Shown: positions 11,132-21,321, counted from the first letter of the stretch. The stretch: 64,000 bases of DNA from Chitinivibrio alkaliphilus ACht1 (GCF_000474745.1 NZ_ASJR01000004.1:55988-119987); one strand, 5' to 3'. The notes: generated by a model not told the origin, from the sequence alone. Made by a program: numbers and translations.

Positions 11132-11302
11132 ATGGCTCATCTTATTAATGACGAATGTCTTTCCTGTGGGGCGTGTGAACCGGAGTGCCCAGTAAGTGCA
11201 ATTAGTGAAGGTGATGGTAAATACATCATTGATGCTGATACTTGTACAGACTGCGGTGCATGCGTTGAAGTTTGCCCTGCTGATGCTATTGAAGCAAATT
11301 AG
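11132..11302 (+). CDS. 2x[4Fe-4S] ferredoxin (56 aa). Not in the ORF track because it is under 60 aa.
   Basis: 'CLSCGACEPECP' and 'CTDCGACVEVCP' cluster motifs; SD 'AAAGGAG' 8 nt upstream of the ATG. Confidence 0.75.
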   Translation: MAHLINDECLSCGACEPECPVSAISEGDGKYIIDADTCTDCGACVEVCPADAIEAN

Positions 11303-11322
11303 TGCACAGTGTTGCACAATCT

Positions 11323-11356
11323 AAAAAGGAGGTTCTTAGGAGCCTCCTTTTTTTGT
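11323..11356 (+). terminator. Rho-independent terminator downstream of the ferredoxin gene
   Basis: 'AAAAAGGAGG-ttcttaggag-CCTCCTTTTTTT': 7-10 bp stem followed by a T7 run. Confidence 0.6.
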
Positions 11357-11578
11357 TCTGTATAGTTGGTTACATATTGCTCTCGTAGTCTTGGTCTCTC
11401 CATGCGTGTCTCGGTTGTTTCCTATGAGGTTTCCACACAAAGGGGTGTTTTCTTATACGATTCTTATGTGCATACGGTCAGAATGTGTTTCGTGTTTTTG
11501 TTGTCTGAGTTTAAAAAAAATGGAAAAAATTGCATATGTACGATATACTAATCAAAGAAGACTACTTCTTTGATGAGG

Positions 11579-11821
11579 GTAATGATGAACTATGTTACAT
11601 ATATACAAGCTGAGCGAGAGTTTATCTTACGAAAAAAAGGGCAATACGGGGAGCAAATTAACCAAGATCCTGGAGAATCCTTTGTTATGGAGTGGGTACG
11701 AAACCATGCAAAAGATTTTCGTGCCGCGTGGGTTACATATAATTGCGAAACCTGTATGAATAAAATGAATTGCCCCACAGATTTCCAAGGCTGTACTCGA
11801 CAAAGTCATAATAGAGGGTAG
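11579..11821 (+). CDS. Hypothetical small Cys-rich protein (~80 aa) in an otherwise empty 580-bp gap
   Basis: ORF with 'GAGGG' 4-5 nt upstream of the ATG; 'NCETCMNKMNCPTDFQGC'. No family recognised. Confidence 0.2.
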   Translation, partial: VMMNYVTYIQAEREFILRKKGQYGEQINQDPGESFVMEWVRNHAKDFRAAWVTYNCETCMNKMNCPTDFQGCTRQSHNRG

Positions 11822-11884
11822 GGGCCTACTGCATAGCAGATAGCCCCCGCGTATCGCAGGGACTCCCGTAGTTATTTAATCATC

Positions 11885-13267
11885 TTACTCGTCATCTGTG
11901 TCGTCGTTAAAGAAAGAGTCGTACAGAACACGTACGGCCTTATCTTCGTCTGCAGAGTCAATTCCAAAGATAATACTGATTTCAGAACTTCCCTGGTTTA
12001 CTATGTTAATATTAATACCTGCATCAGCAAAAGCTTGTGCGGCTGCAGCGAGAACCCCAATTTTGTGCAAAAGTCCTTCACCAACAACCACAATTAAAGA
12101 GAGTCCAAACTCTGTTCTGATACTGTCTGGTGAGAGCTCATCCTCTATTTTACGAATAATTGAATTTACCGTTCCCGGTTGCAGCTGGTTTTGATCCAGA
12201 ACAACGGAGAGATCATCTACCCCCGACGGCGAGTGCTCGTAGGATAGTCCCAGCTCTTCAAATATCTGCAACGTTCTTCGACCAAAACCTTTTTCACGGT
12301 TCATGAGGTACTTTTGAATATTGAAAAGGCAAAATCCCGAAGCCGCGGCTATACCAATAACATCGCGCTCGTCGGGAAGACGATCGGAAACAATGAGGGT
12401 CCCTGGGTTTGATAGATTATTTGTATTACGCAACCGTATGGGGATTTTCTTTTCAGTAACAGGTTTCACTGCTTCCTCATGAAACACGTTAAAGCCCATG
12501 TAGGACAGCTCTCGCATTTCTTTATAGGTTAAGGCTGGTATTTGTTCAGGGTCTGAAACCACCTTGGGGTTTGCGCTCAGAATGCCATTTACGTCAGTCC
12601 AGTTTTCATACTCAATTGCACCAATAGCTTCTGCAATTAGGGCTCCTGTAAGGTCTGAGCCGCCGCGCGAAAAGGTGGCAACACTCCCATCTTCGGCGAT
12701 ACCATAAAATCCGGGAAAGACGACAACTTTTCCTGAATCAGCAATGGCAGCAATTTCTTCAAGGTTTTTCATTCCTTCTTCTGTCGGTTGAGCATCTCCA
12801 TATACAGAGCTGACTCGCAGTCCAATGGATTGTGGACAGACAAATTCAGCGGGAGTGTCGCAGAGATTGAGATATTGGCTGAAAAGATTTGCGTTAAATT
12901 CTTCGCCGCAGGCGACAATTGAGTCGCGTAGCTTTTCAGGATGTTCTTTATTTTGGGTAATACGAACGTCGAGCTCTGAGAGAACCTCCAGAATCACCTC
13001 TTCTGACAGTCCCAATTCGGTATAATTGGTAATAAATCGTTTTTTTACAGCTCCCACGTCGCGGCGTACATCCTTGTTTTTGAGGGTTTTTTCCGCAATA
13101 GTAATAAGGTGATCCGTCACTTTTGTTACAATGCCGGAAGAAAGTCCCGGTGCAGAAAGTACAAGGATTTTTCTCCGAGTGTCCAGGTCAAGAATTTTTT
13201 TTATCTGTGTTAAAGCTGACGCCGTGGCAACTGAAGTACCGCCGAATTTACATACAAGATAGGACAT
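11885..13267 (-). CDS. lysC: Aspartate kinase (monofunctional, tandem ACT domains)
   Basis: 'KFGGTSV' N-terminus; 'SRGGSDLT'; C-terminal ACT repeats. Confidence 0.85.
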   Translation of the reverse strand: MSYLVCKFGGTSVATASALTQIKKILDLDTRRKILVLSAPGLSSGIVTKVTDHLITIAEKTLKNKDVRRDVGAVKKRFITNYTELGLSEEVILEVLSELDVRITQNKEHPEKLRDSIVACGEEFNANLFSQYLNLCDTPAEFVCPQSIGLRVSSVYGDAQPTEEGMKNLEEIAAIADSGKVVVFPGFYGIAEDGSVATFSRGGSDLTGALIAEAIGAIEYENWTDVNGILSANPKVVSDPEQIPALTYKEMRELSYMGFNVFHEEAVKPVTEKKIPIRLRNTNNLSNPGTLIVSDRLPDERDVIGIAAASGFCLFNIQKYLMNREKGFGRRTLQIFEELGLSYEHSPSGVDDLSVVLDQNQLQPGTVNSIIRKIEDELSPDSIRTEFGLSLIVVVGEGLLHKIGVLAAAAQAFADAGININIVNQGSSEISIIFGIDSADEDKAVRVLYDSFFNDDTDDE

Positions 13268-13368
13268 CTTCGTGTCTCCTCAAATGGATATTGTAGTATG
13301 AAACATTTCGTTGTAATATATACTATGAAGCGCTTATTTTAAAGATGTGCGTAAATAAATATGGTAGA

Positions 13369-13632
13369 TTAAAGGTGTTGAAACCGCTCTTTTGAGCTAT
13401 AGAGATTACTGATTCTCACATTTATTTTATCACTATCAACGGTGATCTCGCCTTTTGCAAGAAGCTTGTTATTTACTAGTACGTCAACGCTTTCACCGGA
13501 AAGGCGGTTGAGGAGTACAAGCTTCCCCTTTTTCAATTTCAAAAGCTTTCGAACACTCATGCGGGTTTGGCCGAGTTGTACAGAAAGTTTGACTGGTACA
13601 TCAAGGAGCATATTAATTGAGTTTTCTGACAT
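13369..13632 (-). CDS. fliN: FliN-like flagellar motor switch protein (SpoA domain only, 87 aa)
   Basis: 'LLDVPVKLSVQLGQTRMSVRKLLKLKKGKLVLLNRLSGESVDVLVNNKLLAKGEITV' closely matches the FliN C-terminal consensus. Confidence 0.65.
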   Translation of the reverse strand: MSENSINMLLDVPVKLSVQLGQTRMSVRKLLKLKKGKLVLLNRLSGESVDVLVNNKLLAKGEITVDSDKINVRISNLYSSKERFQHL

Positions 13633-13682
13633 GACACCTCCTCTCTCTCTTTCGTATCGGTGTATTTATGGAAAATATTTAG

Positions 13683-14504
13683 TTATGACGTAAATAAAAG
13701 AGAAACTATTCCTGAAAATAGGTTCGTACTAATGCTGTTTCCACGAAATAGCGCTGTTTGTACCGTAAAGGAAATGCAGAGAATCAAGGGGATCCCTAAG
13801 GGAAGAATCATCCGTCGCACTACGGCTCTAACCGGTTTGTCGAGAAGTATCGATAATCCTTTAAAGTAGTATATAAGAGCCCCCCCTATGGCGATAGGCG
13901 GGCCCAAAATCGGTATAAAGGAAACGAGCATGGGCATACTACCATATGCATACACAGCAAAGAAAGCGGAGAAGGACAGTTGTGATTTTGCTGGTTTGAG
14001 GAATACAAATGTAATGAGGCTAAGCAGAAACAGAGAGAGAATACTTCCGGCAAGAGTCAAGGGGATGTTGAGTATGTAGAGCCCTGTTTGTATTTCTTCT
14101 GGAAAGCTCGAAAGCCCGATACGGTGTTCTATATCATAGGCAGAAACGTGCGGGCTTTGCTGGTGAATACGTTGATGAAATCGTCCTTGGGCAGATTCCG
14201 TGAAAAGCGTATTTCCGGAAAGAAGCCATGCATTGGTATGAAAAGTTAGAATAAGAAGAAAGAAAAATAAGGGAGGGGTGATACGTTGTACCGATGAAAG
14301 GGGAGAAAAAAAAGAAGAGGGCGTTTTGAGGAGACTCAGTAGTATGGAAAGAAAATCCTGTGAGCGAGAAACCGTTGTAAGACATGATGCAGATGCCTGA
14401 GGCTGGGTGGTTGTGTGGCAATGGGTGAGCGTTGTTGCCGTTCCACAGGTAGGACACTGAGAATGCGGTTCAAAAAAAGGGGTGTCGCATTTACAGCATT
14501 TCAT
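13683..14504 (-). CDS. Membrane protein with an N-terminal zinc ribbon (Yip1-like polytopic domain)
   Basis: 'MKCCKCDTPFFEPHSQCPTCG' followed by about five hydrophobic helices. Confidence 0.45.
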   Translation of the reverse strand: MKCCKCDTPFFEPHSQCPTCGTATTLTHCHTTTQPQASASCLTTVSRSQDFLSILLSLLKTPSSFFSPLSSVQRITPPLFFFLLILTFHTNAWLLSGNTLFTESAQGRFHQRIHQQSPHVSAYDIEHRIGLSSFPEEIQTGLYILNIPLTLAGSILSLFLLSLITFVFLKPAKSQLSFSAFFAVYAYGSMPMLVSFIPILGPPIAIGGALIYYFKGLSILLDKPVRAVVRRMILPLGIPLILCISFTVQTALFRGNSISTNLFSGIVSLLFTS

Positions 14505-14635
14505 TGTGATTACTATACCTTTTACTTATTGTATATACTATTTTCTTGTACGCAGGTTTGTGAGTAAAATACTACAATTTCAAAGGCAAATTGCCTTCTT
14601 TTCTGCGGAATGGCCATTTTTATGTTGGAGTACCT

Positions 14636-16531
14636 ATGATTGTAAAACTCTTTATGATTCTTCTTTTCGCAGGGCAGATACTCTTTTCCCAAGGGGCTAT
14701 TAATTATCGCCTCGGTAAGCAATATTACAATTCCGGAGAGTATGATTTGGCCTTGACTGAGCTTCATAGGGTGGTTACAGCATATCCTGATCACTACAAC
14801 GCACATTTGACTATCGGGGAAATTTATGTTGCAGAAGGGGAGTATGACTTAGCTGAGCAGAGTGTAAAAAAAGCTCTACGACATAATCCGAATTGGTCTA
14901 CGGCCTATGAGTTACTTGGATCAATTTATGAAGAACAGGGGAGCATTGATCAGGCAATTCAAGCCTATGAAGGTGCCTTGGGAGGTGCCGATTCCCTTCA
15001 GAAAGAACAAATAGAAGATGCCATTGATCGTTTATCTGGTCGCCGTACGGTTTCAGAGGGAGAGCTTGAAGAGCCTGCGGAGGATACTGTCGCAGAAAAG
15101 CTTCCTCGGTCGGAAGAAATTTCCGTGGATCGTCGTGATATACCAGCTCAAGCACAAGAAAAACTGGAAAAAGCAATCGACCTCTATCGGCGTGGTGTAC
15201 GTGAGGATAGTCGCAGCGATTTGGAAGAGTCATTACAATATATCCGCCGTGCCATTGCACTACATCCAGGATATCCCGCGGCATATTATTATGGTGGAGT
15301 GATTCGTCGTCGCTTTGGTCAAAATGACATGGCACGGGTGAATTTTGAGCGGGCGTTGCAAGATCCTGATATGGGGTATAATGCTCACTTTTATCTTGGC
15401 AGAATTCATGGCGATATGGAAAACTACGATACTGCTATTGATCATCTGCAGTCCTATATCTCCCTTACAGACTATGCTCCGGGTATTCGTCAGGCTCGTG
15501 CACACATAGAAGAGTATGAAGAAGCTCGGCAGGATCGTTCTCGCCGTGAAGATAAAGAGCGCCAATCGGTGTTTCGTGATCCCCTGGATGATGAGATCCG
15601 ACGAGTACCACCACAGCGATCTCTCCCACAGTATTTCCTGCGTATTGACAGTCTATTGGCAATGGTTGTTGTGGATACACTTACTGATGAGGGCCAAGCT
15701 ATGTTACGCGGGTATCGTGCCTATCATGATGATAAGCTTGACACAAGCATAGAAGCATTTTATGAAACCCTTGATGAGCATGCCAGCGGACAAGTTGCAG
15801 AATATTCTCTTTTTAATATTGGTATTGGGAGAATGTTGTTGCGTGATTGGGCAGAAGCAGCTCGAGTTTTTCGTGATTATCGAAACCGATTTCCCCAAGG
15901 TGAGCTTTTAGAGAAGGCGTCCTTTCTTGAAGCTCTCGCCACATATGAGATGGGCGACTTTGAGCAGAGCAGAACGCTTTTTACAAACCATGTGCGAAGT
16001 TTTTCCGAAGGATCCTTTGAAGGGAAATCTCAGGAAAAAATTGGAGATATTTATCGTCGTTTAGACGAGCCTGCAGATGCACGTACGGCCTATAGGAAAG
16101 CCGTGCAACATGCAGTGGGAACACACGATACGGTACATGCTCTCTACAAGAAGGGGTATCTACTTGAAACAATGAAAAATTCAGAACAAGCTCGTCATTT
16201 CTATGGAAAAGCAATCGCTGCTGCTGATGCTGGAGGTATCTCAGAACGGGTTCCTCACTCTTTATACCGCATGGCTGATCTCTATTACGATGCGGAAAAT
16301 CTTGAGCAGGCAAAGTTGGCCTACACCCGTGGAGTTCGCGAGTTTCCTGAATATCCCGATACGCCGTGGGGGTATTTTCAACTTGGTAATATTGCCTTAA
16401 AACGGCAAGAGTATGAAAAGGCTATTGAGTTGTATGAACGGGTAATGCGTGATTTTCCTGATGACTACTGGTCTGAGCAGGCTGAGTGGAGAAAACGCAA
16501 TGCCATTTGGGAGTATCAGTATGGGCGATAA
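14636..16531 (+). CDS. Secreted tetratricopeptide-repeat protein
   Basis: Signal-like 'MIVKLFMILLFAGQILFSQG'; multiple TPR units ('AYYYGGVIRRRFGQNDMA', 'AHFYLGRIHGDMENYDTA', etc.). Confidence 0.7.
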   Translation: MIVKLFMILLFAGQILFSQGAINYRLGKQYYNSGEYDLALTELHRVVTAYPDHYNAHLTIGEIYVAEGEYDLAEQSVKKALRHNPNWSTAYELLGSIYEEQGSIDQAIQAYEGALGGADSLQKEQIEDAIDRLSGRRTVSEGELEEPAEDTVAEKLPRSEEISVDRRDIPAQAQEKLEKAIDLYRRGVREDSRSDLEESLQYIRRAIALHPGYPAAYYYGGVIRRRFGQNDMARVNFERALQDPDMGYNAHFYLGRIHGDMENYDTAIDHLQSYISLTDYAPGIRQARAHIEEYEEARQDRSRREDKERQSVFRDPLDDEIRRVPPQRSLPQYFLRIDSLLAMVVVDTLTDEGQAMLRGYRAYHDDKLDTSIEAFYETLDEHASGQVAEYSLFNIGIGRMLLRDWAEAARVFRDYRNRFPQGELLEKASFLEALATYEMGDFEQSRTLFTNHVRSFSEGSFEGKSQEKIGDIYRRLDEPADARTAYRKAVQHAVGTHDTVHALYKKGYLLETMKNSEQARHFYGKAIAAADAGGISERVPHSLYRMADLYYDAENLEQAKLAYTRGVREFPEYPDTPWGYFQLGNIALKRQEYEKAIELYERVMRDFPDDYWSEQAEWRKRNAIWEYQYGR

Positions 16532-16901
16532 GCACATAAATGCATGTGGAGAGCGTTTGTGTACGGTTTTTTCAGAACAGGTTTCCTGTTATGAAGCACT
16601 CTTACATATCACGAAAAAACTATCCGGCTCCATTGCTGTATCCAAGGGAGATCTTACTTCTCTTATGTCTGTCATGGAGGAAAAGCAGCAGCTCATGCAG
16701 CATCTTGATACGTTAACGTCTGAGAATCAGACTGAAATGACCCTGTGGCAGGCAGAGCGGGAACATGCTTCTGAATCTGTGAGAGAGCAGGTGAATTCCT
16801 CCTTGGATAGAGTAACCCAGGCCATAGAACGATTTCTTCAAGCGGAGAAGCAATTACAAAAACAACTGGAGTTTTATGGAACAGCCGGAAAAACAGAATA
16901 A
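16521..16901 (+). CDS. FlgN-like coiled-coil protein. The assignment is tentative.
   Basis: ATG overlaps the TPR gene stop; 126 aa, helical and Q/E-rich ('MEEKQQLMQHLDTLTSENQ'). Confidence 0.35.
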   Translation: MGDKHINACGERLCTVFSEQVSCYEALLHITKKLSGSIAVSKGDLTSLMSVMEEKQQLMQHLDTLTSENQTEMTLWQAEREHASESVREQVNSSLDRVTQAIERFLQAEKQLQKQLEFYGTAGKTE

Positions 16902-18141
16902 CTCCACACCCCAGGAAGAACAGTTAAAGGAAATTATCCGTGATTTTGAAAAGCAATCACAGGTATTAACTCAGGCGTATCGTTCCATGGAGGAACAGTT
17001 TGCGGCATTAAATCTTGAGCTTGATTCAAAAAATAAAGCCTTAGAGAGTGCTCTTGCAGAAAAAGATGCGACATATACTCTGCTAAATTCCACCTTAGAA
17101 ACAATGCATAATGGGGTGATTGCCATTGATGTTGATGGAGTGGTAACGGTATTTAATTCAGCTGCAGAGAATATCTTAGGATATGCGCGGGATGAGGTAG
17201 TAGGGCAAACTATTACCACGGCGTTTTTGCATCATACCTTCTCAGAAAATTCACTGTGCGACACCTTTGATTCAGGATGTAATCATGAACTCGATGAGAA
17301 ATTTATCTGGGATAAAGAAGGGCGTCCGGTTCCAGTGAAATTTCAAAGCTCTCTTCTCTATAGTCCCTCAGGGGTTCTTCTTGGTGCTGTGGAGATATTT
17401 AGTGATCTTTCCCGGGTAAAGCAACTTGAAGAGGAGAATGCTCAAAACAAAACCCTCGCTGCCTTAGGGGAAATGGCTGCAACCTTGTCCCACGAAGTTA
17501 AAAATCCTCTTGGTGCCATGGGCACATGGGCACGTCTTTTGGATAGAAGTATTGCCTCTGAAGATACTAAAAGCCGCACTATTCTTGCTCACATCACCGA
17601 TGCCTTAACGCGATTAAATAAAATTGTCTCCAGTATGCTCATATTTGGCCGTCAGAGTGAATCAAGCCAATTACAGCGATGCAATTTGAGAGATCTAATG
17701 TGTGAACTGGCTGATAGTATGGAGGTTGAAATGGTATTTACCTCCGGGAAAGATATAACCTTTCTCCGTGAGTGGGATACGCGTGATCTTTTTGTTCGTG
17801 TTGATCCGGAAAAAATACGCCAGATTGTAATGAATTTAATGATTAATGCTATTCATGCCATAGATGAAAAGGGTACCATTACGTTGAAAATGGAAGGGAT
17901 TGATAAACGGGGTGATTCCTATGCAAAAATAACCCTTTCGGATACGGGGTGTGGGATCGCCGAGTCCACAAAGGAGCTTTTGTTTCGTCCCTTTCATACT
18001 ACAAAGGAAAATGGTACGGGCCTTGGTCTTGCTATTGTGCAGAAGTTGGTTGCCTTCCATAAGGGAACAATACAGGTTGATTCAACCCCGGGAGAAGGAA
18101 CAGCAATGCACCTGTTTCTTCCCGTTGATATCGTACAGTAA
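16876..18141 (+). CDS. PAS-domain sensor histidine kinase
   Basis: PAS 'MHNGVIAIDVDGVVTVFNSAAENILGYARDEVVGQ'; H-box 'LSHEVKNPLGAM'; HATPase 'LMINAIHA', 'DTGCGI', 'GTGLGLAIV'. Confidence 0.8.
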   Translation: MEQPEKQNNSTPQEEQLKEIIRDFEKQSQVLTQAYRSMEEQFAALNLELDSKNKALESALAEKDATYTLLNSTLETMHNGVIAIDVDGVVTVFNSAAENILGYARDEVVGQTITTAFLHHTFSENSLCDTFDSGCNHELDEKFIWDKEGRPVPVKFQSSLLYSPSGVLLGAVEIFSDLSRVKQLEEENAQNKTLAALGEMAATLSHEVKNPLGAMGTWARLLDRSIASEDTKSRTILAHITDALTRLNKIVSSMLIFGRQSESSQLQRCNLRDLMCELADSMEVEMVFTSGKDITFLREWDTRDLFVRVDPEKIRQIVMNLMINAIHAIDEKGTITLKMEGIDKRGDSYAKITLSDTGCGIAESTKELLFRPFHTTKENGTGLGLAIVQKLVAFHKGTIQVDSTPGEGTAMHLFLPVDIVQ

Positions 18142-18143
18142 GT

Positions 18144-20318
18144 ATGGTTGCAGCAGTGGTGTTTCCCATGTCACTTCATGGGGTTTTTGATTATGCTATT
18201 CCTGAAACTATGCGTTCACGGGTTCAGGTTGGAATGCCGGTGCACGTTTCCTTGCAAAATCGTACCCTTTGGGGAATTGTCTTGGAGATTCGCGCTTCTT
18301 CTTCTGTATCTCGGCTAAAACCCCTATTACAGCTTGATGAAGAGTCGTGGAATGAGTCTTCCTGTTCGTTGATTACCCTGTATTCCTGGATAAGTACGTA
18401 TTATCATACCCCTGTGGGAGATGTCTTTAAACCGCTTCTCAAGGGGGGTGTACAATCTGTTGCTCCAAAAACCAGACAGGTCTACTCTCTTTCTTCTTCT
18501 CCTCCAGAACAGATGACCCCACGTCAAAAGGAGATGTATGAACGCGTACGAAAGTACAGGGGAACTGTTTCACGGCAGGAGCTTCGAACAATTCATGGTT
18601 TGTCTGAATACATGATTCGCAGTTTTATTACAATGGGCGTTCTTCGTGCTCATACAGAACAGGTGTATCGAAATCCTTCTGTAAAAAGCGGGGCATCCTT
18701 TGAGCCTGAGGGGGTCCTGTCTACACAGCAGCAGCAAATTTATGAAGGCATTATCTCCGGGGACGGCCGCCCGGCTCTCATTCACGGTGTTACGGGCAGT
18801 GGAAAAACCCTTTTGTATCAAGAATTAGCACGATATGTGCTTCAGAAAGGAATGGGCGTACTTATTCTTGTTCCTGAGATCTCCCTGACTCCCCAGACAG
18901 TATCTCGTTTTGTGTCTGTTCTGGGAGATACGGTGGCCGTATTTCATAGTCGCATGTCTGCCGGTGAACGTCGTGATAGTATGGACCAGATTTTGCAAAA
19001 GAAGAAACGGGTACTTATCGGTGCACGAAGCAGCATTTTAGCTCCTCTTCCTTCTCCCGGCTTAATTATTGTGGATGAAGAACACGATGGGTCGTATAAG
19101 CAGGATGCTCCTGCCCCGCGGTATCATGCGCGAGATGTTGCGGTGATGCGCGGGCATCTACAAGGCGCGCAAGTTGTTTTGGGAAGTGCCACACCGTCTA
19201 TTGAAAGTTATGAAAACGCTCAATCTGGAAAATATTCCTTGTATACCTTGTCTGAACGATTTGGAGAGGCGGCGTTGCCTCAGATTGATGTTGTTGATAT
19301 GAAACCCCTGATTACCCAGGGTGAAGCAGCCCCTCTTTCTCCGTTGTTGCGTCGTGAAATGGAATACGCCCTGTGGAATAATCGTCAAATAATACTCCTG
19401 TTTAATCGCCGTGGTTTTTCCCGTTCTCGTATTTGCAGTTCATGCGGTGAAGTACATATGTGTCCGCATTGTTCGGTGAATATGGTTTATCATCGTAACG
19501 GTGATCAGCTTCGGTGCCATCATTGTGGATTCGTAGAAACACCGGAAGGCAATTGCCCCACTTGTGGAGCGCAAGAAATGGTTCTTGCAGGAACGGGAAT
19601 TCAAAAAGTTGAGGAGTATCTTAGCCAGTATTTTCCTCATGCAAGGGTGTTGCGCATGGATCATGACACAACGCGGAAAAAAGATGGGCATTCTCAGATA
19701 ATTTATCAATTTGAAAGTCGGAAAGCAGATATTCTTTTGGGTACTCAGATGGTCGCAAAGGGGCTGAATTTTCCCGGGGTATCACTTGTCGGTGTCTTAC
19801 AGGCTGATACCGCACTTTCTGTTCCTGATTTTAGGGGGTCTGAGCGTCTCTTTCAGCTCCTTATGCAGGTGGCTGGACGCGCTGGGCGTACGGATAATCT
19901 GGGAAAGGTTGTACTCCAGACCTTTTCTCCACAGGCCCCGGCTATAACCTATGCGGCGGCTCATGACTATGCAGGCTTTTTCTTTCAGGAACGCGCTGAT
20001 CGTTCTCATATGAGGTATCCACCATTTTCATATTTAGCTCGACTGCTTTTTGTGTCAAAACAGGAAGATTCTCTCATGACAGTGAGTGAAGCCATGGCAC
20101 GCATGATACAAAAAGAGGTTTCTCATAAGACTGCCGTTCTTGGTCCTGTTGCGGCAAGTATTGCTCGCATAAAAAAAGAGTTTCGAGCAACAATCCTTTT
20201 AAAGAGCAGTGATAGACAAGAGCTGCATCGTGTTCTTACTCGAGTGGAACAGGCACGTGTATCTACGGTAAAAAATGTTCGTATCGCCATTGATGTTGAT
20301 CCCAATTCCATGGAGTAA
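18144..20318 (+). CDS. priA: Primosomal protein N' (replication restart helicase)
   Basis: Walker A 'GVTGSGKT'; DEAH-like 'IIVDEEHD'; Cys4 zinc fingers 'CSSCG...CPHCS...CHHCG...CPTCG'. Confidence 0.9.
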   Translation: MVAAVVFPMSLHGVFDYAIPETMRSRVQVGMPVHVSLQNRTLWGIVLEIRASSSVSRLKPLLQLDEESWNESSCSLITLYSWISTYYHTPVGDVFKPLLKGGVQSVAPKTRQVYSLSSSPPEQMTPRQKEMYERVRKYRGTVSRQELRTIHGLSEYMIRSFITMGVLRAHTEQVYRNPSVKSGASFEPEGVLSTQQQQIYEGIISGDGRPALIHGVTGSGKTLLYQELARYVLQKGMGVLILVPEISLTPQTVSRFVSVLGDTVAVFHSRMSAGERRDSMDQILQKKKRVLIGARSSILAPLPSPGLIIVDEEHDGSYKQDAPAPRYHARDVAVMRGHLQGAQVVLGSATPSIESYENAQSGKYSLYTLSERFGEAALPQIDVVDMKPLITQGEAAPLSPLLRREMEYALWNNRQIILLFNRRGFSRSRICSSCGEVHMCPHCSVNMVYHRNGDQLRCHHCGFVETPEGNCPTCGAQEMVLAGTGIQKVEEYLSQYFPHARVLRMDHDTTRKKDGHSQIIYQFESRKADILLGTQMVAKGLNFPGVSLVGVLQADTALSVPDFRGSERLFQLLMQVAGRAGRTDNLGKVVLQTFSPQAPAITYAAAHDYAGFFFQERADRSHMRYPPFSYLARLLFVSKQEDSLMTVSEAMARMIQKEVSHKTAVLGPVAASIARIKKEFRATILLKSSDRQELHRVLTRVEQARVSTVKNVRIAIDVDPNSME

Positions 20319-20325
20319 TTCTACT

Positions 20326-21294
20326 ATGAGGCCCGTAAAGCTATTTTTTCTGCTCTTAAAAATAATTATAACTGTGTTGATCCTTCGTATGGTGCATCGT
20401 TCTTTCTTAGGAAATATGCAGGATCTTGTTTCGTTTTTTTCAGGGTTCCCTCTTCCATTTCATCGCTTTTTCTGGCCATTGTTTTTTGCCCTTTGCATGC
20501 AACTTCTTTTGGTAGTTCGATGGCGACAAACCTTGGCGCTTTTTGGAATTCATCCTCCTCTCTATGTTGTTATAAAAAGCTACTTTGTTGGAAGTCTCTT
20601 TGCATTTCTAACTCCGGGCCGTATTGGTGAAGTGTTTCGTGGTGCAGGGATGAATGAAGGGGGGCGTTTTACTGCGGGAGCAGCGGTTCTGTTTGAGCGT
20701 TTTTTTTCTACGGGGGTTGTTTTTCTCATTGCGTTACTTCTGTTTCATGTATATCCTGCTGCAGCAATTGACGTATTAGCTGAGGGGCAAAAACGGGTAT
20801 TTTCTATATATGCACTTTTTTTACATGTCTTAGGAGGTGTGTTTTTTATTTGTATGGTTCTTACCCCGCTGGTTCTGTTTACGTATATTCGTCGTTTTAT
20901 GCAGAAGGGTAAACTATTTATTCATATACTTCTTCTCTCCTCTGGTATTCATTTGTTTCTTCTTATGCAGGTGGGCTTTCTTTTTCACGCCCTTGTTCGC
21001 ACCTCTTTTCGAGAGGGGATGCTTGTGGCGTCTCAAACCTTTGCTGCGATTCATTTTGTCCCTGTGACCGTGGGTAACATGGGGGTACGCGAATATTTTC
21101 TGCATCTTTTTGGGCTCTATTTTTCCGAATATGCCGATGTTCATTTTCAACATAACATACTTGCCGTTTCTTTGGTTATCTTGGCGTGTAACCTCATCTT
21201 ACCAGCCTTGATAGGTCTTTTCCTTTTTATTTTCATAAATTTAATACAAGAAATTAGACAGTTCTTTAATTATATTGTAGGGTGTGACGCATAG
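20326..21294 (+). CDS. Polytopic membrane protein, flippase-like/LPG-synthase-TM (UPF0104) family
   Basis: About 8 TM helices; family-like motif 'FLTPGRIGEVFR'. Confidence 0.45.
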   Translation: MRPVKLFFLLLKIIITVLILRMVHRSFLGNMQDLVSFFSGFPLPFHRFFWPLFFALCMQLLLVVRWRQTLALFGIHPPLYVVIKSYFVGSLFAFLTPGRIGEVFRGAGMNEGGRFTAGAAVLFERFFSTGVVFLIALLLFHVYPAAAIDVLAEGQKRVFSIYALFLHVLGGVFFICMVLTPLVLFTYIRRFMQKGKLFIHILLLSSGIHLFLLMQVGFLFHALVRTSFREGMLVASQTFAAIHFVPVTVGNMGVREYFLHLFGLYFSEYADVHFQHNILAVSLVILACNLILPALIGLFLFIFINLIQEIRQFFNYIVGCDA

Positions 21295-21321
21295 GGACGC
21301 CGTTTCAGAAATGAGGTTATT

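Noticed and set aside
13268-13368. Lysine riboswitch (L-box) ahead of lysC
   Set aside because: Only 100 bp separate lysC from the upstream fliN-like gene, too short for an L-box, and no conserved L-box helices are recognisable.
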